From: Candidatus Kapaibacterium sp.
GTDB taxonomy: Bacteria > Bacteroidota > Ignavibacteria > Kapaibacteriales > UBA2268
Length of the DNA stretch: 64,000 nt
Reading direction: 5' to 3'
Assembly: GCA_965140345.1 (NCBI GenBank)
Contig: OZ223202.1
Location: 50,093-114,092, forward strand
The position numbers and the translations under genes are program-made. Shown in pieces: positions 49,502 to 59,950 of the stretch. Numbering within the stretch: position 1 is the stretch's first letter; each line of letters opens with the position of its first letter. The notes below the pieces were generated by a model that saw nothing but the letters and a program-made list of their open reading frames with translations, was not told where the DNA came from and searched no databases.

Positions 49502-51820
49502 TTACTTACCGGTACATTCTATCGGAATAAACATCTGAGTAGAAACATATCTACTATACATTCTACCCTCAGGTAAATTATTGTCTATATATTTCGGTGC
49601 TATATCTTCTCCAAAACCTTCTGTTCGTTTCACTTCAGCAACTGCTCCTTTATCATCTATAATGTTGTCAATTTCTTTTTCTATAGTTTTAGATCTTTTA
49701 AGAGAAATTCTTTTATTTTCAGAATCTCCACCTATTCTACATGTGTGCCCCATAACATAAAAATACGCTCCATAAGGAAACTCGTCAAAGTTTTGAGCTA
49801 TCTTGCTAAACATAAAATTGCTATTTATTTCTGCGAATAAAGTTTTTGTCTTTCCCATTGGGAACAATGATAAATCAAAGTATTCTACTTCTCTTCCATC
49901 AAGACATTCTCTTCTAATTTTTTCAATAGTATTTTGAATGACATTTACTTTTTTCACTCTTGTGCTGCATTTCTTAGTTTTGGCTTCGTCAAGATAAGCA
50001 ATAAGTTGAACAGAGATATTATCAGTTCCAGAAATCATCCTTTGCCCTAAATCAGGATCAAATGTAATTTTAGCAGCAATCGGAAATTCGACGTATTCGA
50101 TTCCATGATTTCCATACGCAATGTTGGTATTGATAAGTTCACCATCTTTGAAGAAGTTTACTTCCCAAGAATACACATTTTCTGCTTCAATTATATCAAC
50201 ATAAGTCCTAATTGTTGGGGGATCTGCCTCATAAGTAATAGTTGAGTAGGTGTAGGGGTAGAGTAATTCCTCATCTTCACTAACAATTTCTACTCTTTGA
50301 TATTCTTCAATTGCATCTTTAACCGTTAAAATTCTTGGGCCATCATAATTTTTAGCATTTATTTCAATGAATCCTTCAGGTATATTGCCAGTTGTAACTA
50401 AATATTTCTTTACTGCTTCTGCTCTGCTTTGGGATAGAGATAGGTTGTTCTTCTCATTTCCTTTACCGTTATTCATACCAATTAGAGTGATTTTAGAATT
50501 AGATTTTTTGTGCCATCTTTCAATGAGAATATTCAACAAATCATGGTATACATCCAACCTAGAATATGTCTTTACATATTCAAACATTCTATTATTGGTT
50601 AACTCACTTGTAGAACGTCTGTAGTATCTATTAGGTAAATCAAATGACGCTTGTTCAAAGAAAATATAAGGTATTAGGGGAACATAGTTATTAAGAGGTC
50701 TTTCCCAAATAGTTAATTCAGGTTGATATGTTTCTTCCTTTTTTGAGTTTACACCTCTTACTTCTAGAGACATATTAAGATCACAATCTTCTAAATCATC
50801 GTTATAAAAGACTATAGTATCTTCTAACTTGTTATTATATAAAGAATCTTTGCACAAAGTGATGGTAACCTTATGCTTCCCATTAGTAATTCCCTGATAA
50901 GTAATTTCATAGTATGAATTCATTCTCTTATAAATATCTAAGAACACATTGTTAAAATCAGAAGTATTATAAATTTGATAATACTTACCACCTGTTCTTT
51001 CCGCTATATATTTCAATCTATATGAATCAACATTATATCCAAATCCGACTGTAAATACTTTTACATCATTATCAATTGCATCTTGTAGCATTTTTTGTAA
51101 ATTGATATTTGAGGAATTATCATAACCATCAGTTATAGCAATTATGTATTTCTTATTTGATTTGGGTTTTAAATTTGCAATACCAAGTTCAATTCCATCA
51201 TATAGAGCAGTAGATTTGCCATATCCAATTAAACCATTTTTCGTAAATTTTTGTTTGATATAAGCTTTATCAGAAGAAAATTCTAATTCCTGATTATAAT
51301 AATTATCGAACTTGATGACTGCAAATTCGTCATTATCTTCTTTCAAATCTGTAACATTTAGAAATGATTGTTGGATTTGGATTGCACGATATTCTCCTAT
51401 GGAACCACTATGATCTAAAACAAAAGAGATTGAATAGTTGCCAATTTCTGGCTTATAAAGCTCTCTTATATTGACTTGGTTAATTTTGCGACCATTATCA
51501 ACAATATCGCAAATTTTGTAACCGTATTGTGAGAACACTCCTTCTATTAAGTTGAAATCCATATCCAAGACATGGCCATAAATCTTTATATTATTAATAT
51601 CACTTGCATCAACAGAAAATAGGTCTAAATTATTGGCTGTATTATTAGATTTAATGCCATTTAGCCATTGATAATTAGATTGTTTCGTAGAATCATCTTG
51701 AGTAATTCTTGAATCATCAGGAAACAAGGGAAAATCAAATTTTTCTTTTGTCGGAGGAGTTGTGACACAAGAAGATATAAAGATTAGTAGAAAAATAAAA
51801 AACAATATGGATCTTAACAT
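49502..51820 (-). CDS. Lipoprotein with VWA domain and two OmpA_C domains
   Basis: Lipobox ISSC; DHSGS, TALYDG, ITDG; NLSLSQSRAEAVKKYL and GHTCRIG..NKRISLKRS..PEGRMYSR. Confidence 0.85.
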   Translation of the reverse strand: MLRSILFFIFLLIFISSCVTTPPTKEKFDFPLFPDDSRITQDDSTKQSNYQWLNGIKSNNTANNLDLFSVDASDINNIKIYGHVLDMDFNLIEGVFSQYGYKICDIVDNGRKINQVNIRELYKPEIGNYSISFVLDHSGSIGEYRAIQIQQSFLNVTDLKEDNDEFAVIKFDNYYNQELEFSSDKAYIKQKFTKNGLIGYGKSTALYDGIELGIANLKPKSNKKYIIAITDGYDNSSNINLQKMLQDAIDNDVKVFTVGFGYNVDSYRLKYIAERTGGKYYQIYNTSDFNNVFLDIYKRMNSYYEITYQGITNGKHKVTITLCKDSLYNNKLEDTIVFYNDDLEDCDLNMSLEVRGVNSKKEETYQPELTIWERPLNNYVPLIPYIFFEQASFDLPNRYYRRSTSELTNNRMFEYVKTYSRLDVYHDLLNILIERWHKKSNSKITLIGMNNGKGNEKNNLSLSQSRAEAVKKYLVTTGNIPEGFIEINAKNYDGPRILTVKDAIEEYQRVEIVSEDEELLYPYTYSTITYEADPPTIRTYVDIIEAENVYSWEVNFFKDGELINTNIAYGNHGIEYVEFPIAAKITFDPDLGQRMISGTDNISVQLIAYLDEAKTKKCSTRVKKVNVIQNTIEKIRRECLDGREVEYFDLSLFPMGKTKTLFAEINSNFMFSKIAQNFDEFPYGAYFYVMGHTCRIGGDSENKRISLKRSKTIEKEIDNIIDDKGAVAEVKRTEGFGEDIAPKYIDNNLPEGRMYSRYVSTQMFIPIECTGK

Positions 51821-51863
51821 GACTTCTCCTTATTTCCTAATATTACATATTTAACTATGCACG

Positions 51864-54800
51864 TTATTTTTTAAAGAATTGATAAAAGATTACATCATCT
51901 ACGATTGACTTTCTCATTTCAAATTTCGATCCATTTGAACGTAGATATGTTTCTCTCCTCATTGCTGCTTGTTCATCATCAGTTACATAGAAAGGTGTTT
52001 CATTTTCTATATCATTCAGTGCATCCAAATCTGTATTTGTACGAACTTCTGAATTATATTTTTTGATTTTCTGAGTAGCATTAGTTTTATTCTTTGATTC
52101 TATTTCTACATTACCTTTAGGATTACCTTCATCATCAAAAGTTATATTGATGGTCGAAGTCATATCAAAAATTTCATATTTAGTATTTTTTAGGATTTTA
52201 TTCTTAACATCTTCTGCTTCGTCTTTTGTACCTGACTTTAAGCTATATGGACCAACTAATACTAAAGTATATTGATATTTACCATCAGCATCATATATAG
52301 TTTTTAAGAATGGTTTTCTAGGTAGTATCATGTATGTATTGTATGCTCTTTTTTTGTCTCTAAGAGAACTAAATGTTTCATAATAAGATTTGAATGCTAA
52401 TTCTATTTTTGGAGTTTCAGCATTAATAATCTTTTTAGCATCTTTAATGTCTTTAACTTTAGCAATTGCTATATATTTTCCTGCATCAATGGAGAACTTA
52501 TTAAGAGGAATAGATTTGAGAGATATGGCGCCACTATCAATGCCTTTTACTGCTGTCAATCGTTTCATTTCTATTGAAGCTTCTTTATAATTTTTAAATC
52601 CATCTAGATAGACTCTATACTTCTTACCCGAAACAATATTTACAACATCGGTCTTGAATGTAACACCAGATTTTGTAGATAAATCATTTGCCAGATTTTC
52701 TGCTTCAGTTTTACTCTGAGGTGCACCAAAAGATATTATATAATCCAAATCCTCTTTATCTTCTACTCTCAAAGGATCTAATTTTTGCATCATCTCATCA
52801 GCTGTTATTTTGTAATCTTTGTCATTACAACAACCGTCATCTTTACCAAATTGACCATCAATGTATTGTAAGTTCTGCGCTACTATTCTTATTTTTCTAC
52901 TTTTGTGATAATCGTTCGGATTTTTAAAGCCTTCATTGGCTTCCAAAGTAGAATAACCACGTGCTAAAATTAAAATTTTCTTTTGCTTCATTATTTCAGA
53001 AATTTTTTCTTCAGGAAGTAGAAAGCCATCTTCTCCTATAAGCTCTTCAGGATCAAGCACCAATCCTTTGGAATAATATTCAGCAAATTTAGAGTTGTTT
53101 TTATTTAAAAAGTTGATCAACTCTTTATAACCAAAATATGCTCTAAGACCAGATAGTACATGATTGTATTTTCCTAACTCATCACCTCGGTCAATTGAAA
53201 CAAGTCTAAAACCCGGCTCACCTGCATTTTTCTGAAGCGAACCTGAGGCATAAGCAATATTATCTTCAGATTTGTTTTTAGGCCAGTACCAACCACGATT
53301 CACATGTCTGATATCACTCCAAGCTTCAACAGACAGCACAAATTTCGAATCTGCCTCAATTGAGTCAGCAGAAACATTATAAATTAGCTCATAAGCTGGG
53401 ATTAGTTTTTTATTTATTTCATTACTTATATAATTATATAAGGTATCAATCTTTCTTGATTGGCTATAATATTTATTATAGACCCAACTACTATAGGCTG
53501 AATCTTTTTGTAATAGTGTAGTATTCCGTGGATGTAACTCTATCCATTTTGCGCCGTCCCAGCTACTAACTGCTTCAGGTGGAATAATTTCAATATTATT
53601 TGCTGCGAAATCAAGTGGACGAGAATAGAAATTATTTAGCAAATTTATGTGTTTAGAAAAGTTTTTAGATGTGTTTACTTCCCAGTAACCAGTTTGGAAA
53701 AATGAGATAGTACTATCTATCCTACTAAAATAATCTGCAAATTCGTACACACAATCAGGAAGTTCTGTTTTGCATGGAGCCACCCAAATAGTATCTTTTA
53801 TACGACAGACAGGATTATCAGATGGAATAAAGACCATGTCATTTAAAGTAAGCTCTGACTTTGCTCGAATACCACTTTTCCCGGAAAAGAAGTTCTCTTG
53901 CTCAAAATCAGGAGGACATGGAGGATATTCCTCTTCAATTTTAGTACTTGTCCAATAGACCTCCCATTTTCTGTTTACTTCTTCTTTGATTTGAAGAATT
54001 CTAATATACTGTCCTAAATCATCTGGTGTATCAACTCGTTCTAAAGTTTGTTCACCATCTTCGTAGATAGTCACCTTTGAGTTAAATATTACAGTATCTT
54101 TTTCTTTGCTAAACTTTTTAGGATATTTTTTTATTATAGATTCCACTTTTGAAACTTCCACAGTATCAGGATAATATCTTGTAAAAGTTTGTGTCACTTC
54201 ATCTATTTTTAGAGTCTTTGTTGGATACGGGAAATAGCCCTTTAGCTTGCTGTTTTCTTGTTTATTACATGTAATACGATAATCTAATCTTTCGGCTGCT
54301 TCTGTATATGCTCTTACTTTATAATGTGTATTAAAGTCTATATCAGTTATTGCACTATTATCTTCGAATTCTTTTATTGTACCATTTGCATCTTCAATTT
54401 CAATGACAGGTAAAATATCTCTCTGAACCAGTTTGCCTGTGCTAACATCCATTACAACTACTTCAAGTTGTGGGTTGCTACTTGGGATTGCACACCCATA
54501 TATATTTAGCGCTTCATCGTAAAACTTTTGAGTTCTTACCGGTTTATCATGTGACCATAAAAATGCGCGGCCATCTTGATATTTATTAGTAGGGTTATTA
54601 TACCAGAATGGGTAGCGCTGGTTGTAGTTTGGATCATTAACCTTAAAAGCAACATTATGGTCACATGTTGAAACTAATTTTTCCTCTATAGGGCGCGGTG
54701 AACCTTCACACTCAAGCCTTACTGAACCATCTTTGATTTCTCTTTTTTGTATGTCAATTTGATAAATTTGAAATTTTGAATCTTTGCTTTTTTGAGAAGC

Positions 54801-55694
54801 ATACATCAAAAATTTCTCAGTTGGATCTATCCTTGGAGTTTCGTGGCTATATTCTGTATTGATAGCTGAAACAAATTTAGGTTTTGTCCATTTCCCATTA
54901 TGCTCTTTATATGAGTAATAAATATCTCCTGTCCCTTTTGCTTTTTTTGAATCAGCATTAATTCTGGTAGAAGTAAAGAACATGTGTCGCCCATCTGATG
55001 AGACTGTAGGATGAGATTCCCATGTTAATTCCTGAGATACCGGCTCTAATATTTGATTAGGATTATCCCAGCTACCATCTTTTTGTCTTGTTAGAGTCCA
55101 AATATTTAGATATTGCTTACCACTTAAATCAATTGCATTATCAATCAGCTTTTGAGCTGAAATAAACATTGTATCTCCAACTATCCAAACAGATCCTTTG
55201 TTTAAGTCATTGAATTTACGAACCTGTTCTGTAGATTTTGATCCAAGAACTGTTGTCACCTCTAAAACTTTACAAGAATTAGGATCCCATCCTTCTGAAG
55301 GACAATAACCTTTCTCAGGGTCAAGCTCTCTCTTGATTGAGTATATCTGAGTATAGTGATTACTTATCTCACCACTATTTTGTTCTGTCATTAAGGTATC
55401 TCTAGAGCTGACAAACCACAATGTTTCTTTAAGTGGGTTATGCTTATCTATTTCTATATAAGCAGCTTCATCCTTCCAAGCATCCAAATCAAAAACATTT
55501 CTAAGAGAAAGTCCTTCCCCCAACTCACTACTACTATTAATTGGCGGGGCTAACATTGATGGAACTCCATCGGAACAACAGCCATATGTTGGTTCCAAAG
55601 GAAGGTTTGACAAATCCTCTTTCTCTTTCACTTCAGGTGTTTTGCAAGCAAATAGCCCAATAAAAAGCAATGATATTAATATTCTATTTTTCAT
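51864..55694 (-). CDS. Large lipoprotein with PD40 repeats, divergent OmpA-like domain and SPOR-like domains
   Basis: Lipobox LFAC; WESHPTVSSDGRHMFFTSTR; VEAWSD...NHVLSGLRA; KKYRVYLDGFKNYKEA. Confidence 0.72.
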   Translation of the reverse strand: MKNRILISLLFIGLFACKTPEVKEKEDLSNLPLEPTYGCCSDGVPSMLAPPINSSSELGEGLSLRNVFDLDAWKDEAAYIEIDKHNPLKETLWFVSSRDTLMTEQNSGEISNHYTQIYSIKRELDPEKGYCPSEGWDPNSCKVLEVTTVLGSKSTEQVRKFNDLNKGSVWIVGDTMFISAQKLIDNAIDLSGKQYLNIWTLTRQKDGSWDNPNQILEPVSQELTWESHPTVSSDGRHMFFTSTRINADSKKAKGTGDIYYSYKEHNGKWTKPKFVSAINTEYSHETPRIDPTEKFLMYASQKSKDSKFQIYQIDIQKREIKDGSVRLECEGSPRPIEEKLVSTCDHNVAFKVNDPNYNQRYPFWYNNPTNKYQDGRAFLWSHDKPVRTQKFYDEALNIYGCAIPSSNPQLEVVVMDVSTGKLVQRDILPVIEIEDANGTIKEFEDNSAITDIDFNTHYKVRAYTEAAERLDYRITCNKQENSKLKGYFPYPTKTLKIDEVTQTFTRYYPDTVEVSKVESIIKKYPKKFSKEKDTVIFNSKVTIYEDGEQTLERVDTPDDLGQYIRILQIKEEVNRKWEVYWTSTKIEEEYPPCPPDFEQENFFSGKSGIRAKSELTLNDMVFIPSDNPVCRIKDTIWVAPCKTELPDCVYEFADYFSRIDSTISFFQTGYWEVNTSKNFSKHINLLNNFYSRPLDFAANNIEIIPPEAVSSWDGAKWIELHPRNTTLLQKDSAYSSWVYNKYYSQSRKIDTLYNYISNEINKKLIPAYELIYNVSADSIEADSKFVLSVEAWSDIRHVNRGWYWPKNKSEDNIAYASGSLQKNAGEPGFRLVSIDRGDELGKYNHVLSGLRAYFGYKELINFLNKNNSKFAEYYSKGLVLDPEELIGEDGFLLPEEKISEIMKQKKILILARGYSTLEANEGFKNPNDYHKSRKIRIVAQNLQYIDGQFGKDDGCCNDKDYKITADEMMQKLDPLRVEDKEDLDYIISFGAPQSKTEAENLANDLSTKSGVTFKTDVVNIVSGKKYRVYLDGFKNYKEASIEMKRLTAVKGIDSGAISLKSIPLNKFSIDAGKYIAIAKVKDIKDAKKIINAETPKIELAFKSYYETFSSLRDKKRAYNTYMILPRKPFLKTIYDADGKYQYTLVLVGPYSLKSGTKDEAEDVKNKILKNTKYEIFDMTSTINITFDDEGNPKGNVEIESKNKTNATQKIKKYNSEVRTNTDLDALNDIENETPFYVTDDEQAAMRRETYLRSNGSKFEMRKSIVDDVIFYQFFKK

Positions 55695-55707
55695 TTTTGT
55701 TTCCCGA

Positions 55708-58470
55708 TTATCTTATTAATGGATATACAATTCTGAAGTTCATCGTTGCACGTCCTGATAAATCTTCATCATCTATTTCGCTTATAATTAGCAGTGCAGC
55801 ATTACATGGATAGTATTCATTGTTACCTTCAGTTGATTTATAATAGCTCTTTGATGACCAGATTAGATATACATTACCTGATTCAGGATAATTTGAACCA
55901 GTTCCATCTAGTTTTGGAGAAGGTATAGGTGGGGTAACTTTACTTTTCCAAGTACCTACATTTTCGTCTGGCTCTACAATCCAATTCGCATTACTAAATG
56001 TTTTCTTATACCAATTCTTATCCCAATCAGGATTAAAACCCAAAAGATCAAAAGGTAAACTAGTTGATATTCCAAAAATCGCTTTGCGCAGATCATCCAT
56101 TACATCTATATTATCTACATCGTTTAGATTATCAAAACGCCATATAGGTACTCTTGTCATCCTATCAAATTTACTACCTTTCGCAAGGAAGATAGAAATC
56201 GGGTTAAAATCAAGATTATCAGGCTTGTAATCATTATTAATTATTCCGTCATAATCAGGATTATAAGCGTCAATATAAAAGCTGTTCTTTCCTCCACTAA
56301 TTCCACAATCCAATTCTGGTCCATCATACTCATCATCATTATTATCAGCTTCCATATTATGTGATGTATAACCATATCCGTCAGGCATTAGCTCATCAAT
56401 TTTACAAGCATCGAATGCAGGTTTTTTCTTATTAGCTGTACTGTGGCTATAAGAAGTAATCTGGCGAGAATCTGATATTTTTACTTCTGTTATACTTGCC
56501 TTTACGTTGATCACACGATAACAAATACTATCTAATTCTAATAAATTATCTACTGAAGCAATAAAAAACCTAAACCAGTACTCATCGTCATGTGATTTGA
56601 TGAGCTTATTAATTAAATGTTTACTTAATGTCGGTGCTTCAAAAGAAACCGTTAAGGATTTATGTTGTCCTTTCTTGTTCAGTGTAAAAGCATCTAAAGG
56701 TAGAATTTTTTTGCCGTCTAATTCGAAATTGAAGTACTCCTGATCTAAAACTGCCTCAGCAACTTCCTGAGTGCTAGTACCAATTGGTAGCATTCCTACT
56801 ACAAAAGTTTTAGAGTCGTCCTCGTTACATACAATTTTATCATCATCATTCAATAGGTATTCATAGCTTATATCAAAGCCAAATTCTCTTTCAGAGTATT
56901 TAATCCAATCGCAAACCTCATAATTTGAAGGAAAAGCATCAAAATCACAGAAGAATTCTTCATTAGGATTACCAATTGATAAATCTATTAAGTCACCATG
57001 TCTCATTTGTCTAATTGCTTCAAACTTCGTGAAGTCATCAAATCTATCTGTCACTTCTGTACCATCAGGAACTTCTCTTAAATATACCTGTATATCATTG
57101 TCTTTTATTACAGCTGCTTCAGGACACAAATCGATACATCTTTGACCTTCTAGTATCACATAAAACGAGCAAGCTTCCCCTGGTTCATTTGAATTACTTA
57201 CACTAATATCAAACTTAAATGTATCTAAAGAAATACTTGGAAGATTGGCTCTGCTATCATTCTCTAAACCAAACCTAGCGTCAAATTTGAAGTAATCTTT
57301 AGCATTGAAGATACTTCCTACTGAAATATTATCTAAAGTCCAATCATTGAACATAATATTATTAGGGATTCTAGAATAGCCCCAGTCAAAACTTGAATTA
57401 AGATTAGGATACTCAATAAATAAAGAGTCAGGATCATTCCCTCTTCCGACTCTTGAAATTCCTTTTATTTCAACATCACAATCTTCTCCAATCAAGTCAG
57501 ACCAGCGGAAAAGTTGGAAAGTCATATTTTTATGGGATTCATCTTGTTCCAAGATTGGTATTGCAGGTCTTGAGCCGAGAGGGAAATAACCTCTATTGTC
57601 GTAGATATCATCATCTTCAAATGGACAATCACATACTACTTCTTCTATGCAGAAATCCCATTTAATAGTCCAAGTAGCAGTATTATTTGTTCCCAAGCAT
57701 TTAATAGGCAGTTCTATTTGGCCTTGATAGCAGCCAACTTCATCTGTAAGAATTTCAAATTCTATATCTAATTGATCAGAATAATTTAGTCGAGCACTAT
57801 TTCCTTCAACATTACTCATATTTATTTCTGGAGCTTGGTCCCTAAAGATAGTAGAAATTATTCTAATTTTGTCAGAGTCAAATGTTGGTGATTCAGGGTT
57901 AAGCCCTTCTATTTCTATTTCTTCACTTGTGTTTGATCTTACTGATGCAGTAAAGGAGTGATAATGTTTACCAATAGGAGAATTTATCTCTAATAAATCA
58001 CCTAATTCTTTTTGTTTCCCAAATAACATAATTGTTTCAATGTTGACTAAGGAATCACATCTAACTGTTTCAACAGGCTTACATTGATCAAAGCAAAGTA
58101 TTACAACTGTATCTTTACATAAATAATCAGTATTAGCAACTTCTCTATCGTTATTCCAATATCCATCAAATTTCAAATCATTTACACCACAGCCACTGTT
58201 TGGAATTGTTATAACTCCATCCCCATTATCATCAGTTTTGAACTTTAATATCTCAGTTCTTTCTTTACTTCCATCTTCAGCAGGAATAGAAACTATTACT
58301 TCTGCATTAGAAGCTATATTGTCACATTCTGTATCACAGCCTTTCCAAACTGTTTTCACGTAAATATTAATATCATCACCACAAGGTTCTGATACATCTT
58401 CGTTACAAGCTGAGAGAAACATAAAAAGGCATGTCATAAAAGCAATAACTATATAATATGTTTTTTTCAT
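55708..58470 (-). CDS. Large acidic Cys-rich beta-rich lipoprotein
   Basis: Lipobox LSAC; KTDDNG prealbumin-like motif; many Cys; AGGGG RBS. Confidence 0.75.
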   Translation of the reverse strand: MKKTYYIVIAFMTCLFMFLSACNEDVSEPCGDDINIYVKTVWKGCDTECDNIASNAEVIVSIPAEDGSKERTEILKFKTDDNGDGVITIPNSGCGVNDLKFDGYWNNDREVANTDYLCKDTVVILCFDQCKPVETVRCDSLVNIETIMLFGKQKELGDLLEINSPIGKHYHSFTASVRSNTSEEIEIEGLNPESPTFDSDKIRIISTIFRDQAPEINMSNVEGNSARLNYSDQLDIEFEILTDEVGCYQGQIELPIKCLGTNNTATWTIKWDFCIEEVVCDCPFEDDDIYDNRGYFPLGSRPAIPILEQDESHKNMTFQLFRWSDLIGEDCDVEIKGISRVGRGNDPDSLFIEYPNLNSSFDWGYSRIPNNIMFNDWTLDNISVGSIFNAKDYFKFDARFGLENDSRANLPSISLDTFKFDISVSNSNEPGEACSFYVILEGQRCIDLCPEAAVIKDNDIQVYLREVPDGTEVTDRFDDFTKFEAIRQMRHGDLIDLSIGNPNEEFFCDFDAFPSNYEVCDWIKYSEREFGFDISYEYLLNDDDKIVCNEDDSKTFVVGMLPIGTSTQEVAEAVLDQEYFNFELDGKKILPLDAFTLNKKGQHKSLTVSFEAPTLSKHLINKLIKSHDDEYWFRFFIASVDNLLELDSICYRVINVKASITEVKISDSRQITSYSHSTANKKKPAFDACKIDELMPDGYGYTSHNMEADNNDDEYDGPELDCGISGGKNSFYIDAYNPDYDGIINNDYKPDNLDFNPISIFLAKGSKFDRMTRVPIWRFDNLNDVDNIDVMDDLRKAIFGISTSLPFDLLGFNPDWDKNWYKKTFSNANWIVEPDENVGTWKSKVTPPIPSPKLDGTGSNYPESGNVYLIWSSKSYYKSTEGNNEYYPCNAALLIISEIDDEDLSGRATMNFRIVYPLIR

Positions 58471-58484
58471 TTTGATTCCCCTAA

Positions 58485-59702
58485 TTAAAAAGTTAGACCT
58501 AATCTTAAAAATAATTGGTTAGATGTTCTGAACGGATTTTTTCCATCTAAACCTGTACATTCAGCACAGAAGTTATTTTCAGGTAGCGGAAAGTGAGTTA
58601 CTCTAAATCCACCATCTATGGAAAAATCCATACATTTCGTCATCCACCAGTCGTACCCAATTCCTATACCAAGCATATATGCATAAACATCATCACAGTT
58701 TCCACTTGTGCAAATAATAGGAACATCATCAAATGGAGCCCAAACAGTACCTATATCTGCGAAAATATACCATGCGTCGCAGTCATTTATTTTTGGAAAA
58801 ATCCGAGGCCAAGCTTCATCATCAAATGTATATCGTGGGTGGATTGTGATAGGAATAAAAATAGATCCATCGACAGGATAAAACCCCGTCATTAAACCTA
58901 TTTGAAAATTATCTCTATCCATATTTTCAAATCCAAATAAACTGGAAGCATTAAACAAGAATGACAACTCCAAACCGGCAGTAAAGTCAGTTCCACCACG
59001 TTCGAAACCAAAAGTTTCCTTATAATAAGTTTTACCCCCGTCAGGTCCCGGATAAAAAATGGAATCCTGAGCACCAAATCGATAAGCTCCCATAAGTCTA
59101 ATTTCAAACTTATCAAGGAATCCGGTCTTTTCATTTAAACAATATCTATTTCTATCGCAGCAATAACATTCTTCATCAACAACTAATGAATCTGGTATAG
59201 GTTTTATATCTGAATCAGCCTTAGAAGTCAAAAGAAAAATATTTTTTGGTGTAAATCTTGAATCCAACTGAGGAAATTTTATAGTGAAACGATTTTTTTC
59301 TCTATATTCACTTTCAGGATTAAATACTGCATCTCCATATTCCCTAAAAATTTTCCTGTTTAAAAATATTACTTCAACAGTATAGACTCCATCATGTAGC
59401 GAAACCGTTGGCATGACTGGAGAAGTAAACAAAAAATTGCGATTCTTAGCTTCATTAGCTTCTTTTTTCACAAGAGGATTAGATGATTCAATTACAAAGT
59501 AAGAAATACTATCTCTGAACTCATTTCGTAATTCTAATTCCCAAAGTCTTTTGTTTGCAAGTAAAAGATCTGCATTTTTTTGATTCCCATCACAATTATT
59601 GACTTTTTCACTACCACAATCAACAGTTCGACATGACTGCAGAAAAGACATAACAATAGCCAAAATGGCTATGCCTAAAAACCTAAATTGATTTCTTTGC
59701 AT
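58485..59702 (-). CDS. Cys-rich lipoprotein with C-terminal beta-barrel-like domain
   Basis: ATG 59702 after GGAG; lipobox LQSC; CYCC and CAEC motifs; terminal LRLGLTF. Confidence 0.72.
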   Translation of the reverse strand: MQRNQFRFLGIAILAIVMSFLQSCRTVDCGSEKVNNCDGNQKNADLLLANKRLWELELRNEFRDSISYFVIESSNPLVKKEANEAKNRNFLFTSPVMPTVSLHDGVYTVEVIFLNRKIFREYGDAVFNPESEYREKNRFTIKFPQLDSRFTPKNIFLLTSKADSDIKPIPDSLVVDEECYCCDRNRYCLNEKTGFLDKFEIRLMGAYRFGAQDSIFYPGPDGGKTYYKETFGFERGGTDFTAGLELSFLFNASSLFGFENMDRDNFQIGLMTGFYPVDGSIFIPITIHPRYTFDDEAWPRIFPKINDCDAWYIFADIGTVWAPFDDVPIICTSGNCDDVYAYMLGIGIGYDWWMTKCMDFSIDGGFRVTHFPLPENNFCAECTGLDGKNPFRTSNQLFLRLGLTF

Positions 59703-59950
59703 TATAGCTCCACTTATATAAAAATATTCTAATTTATAAATTAATACCATAGTCTTATTCGGTAAGGATTTCAGTTTCAATATAATTGAACTACATATAA
59801 CACACAAACTTTTTTTCGGATTTTATTCATTTATACAATATTACCATTCTTTTCTTGCATGACCTTCTTCTAATTTTAACAATTATATCTAAATTTGTAT
59901 GTACTTTTACGTGTAATACTTATTTCTGGCGACTAACTTTTGGAGGGGCA

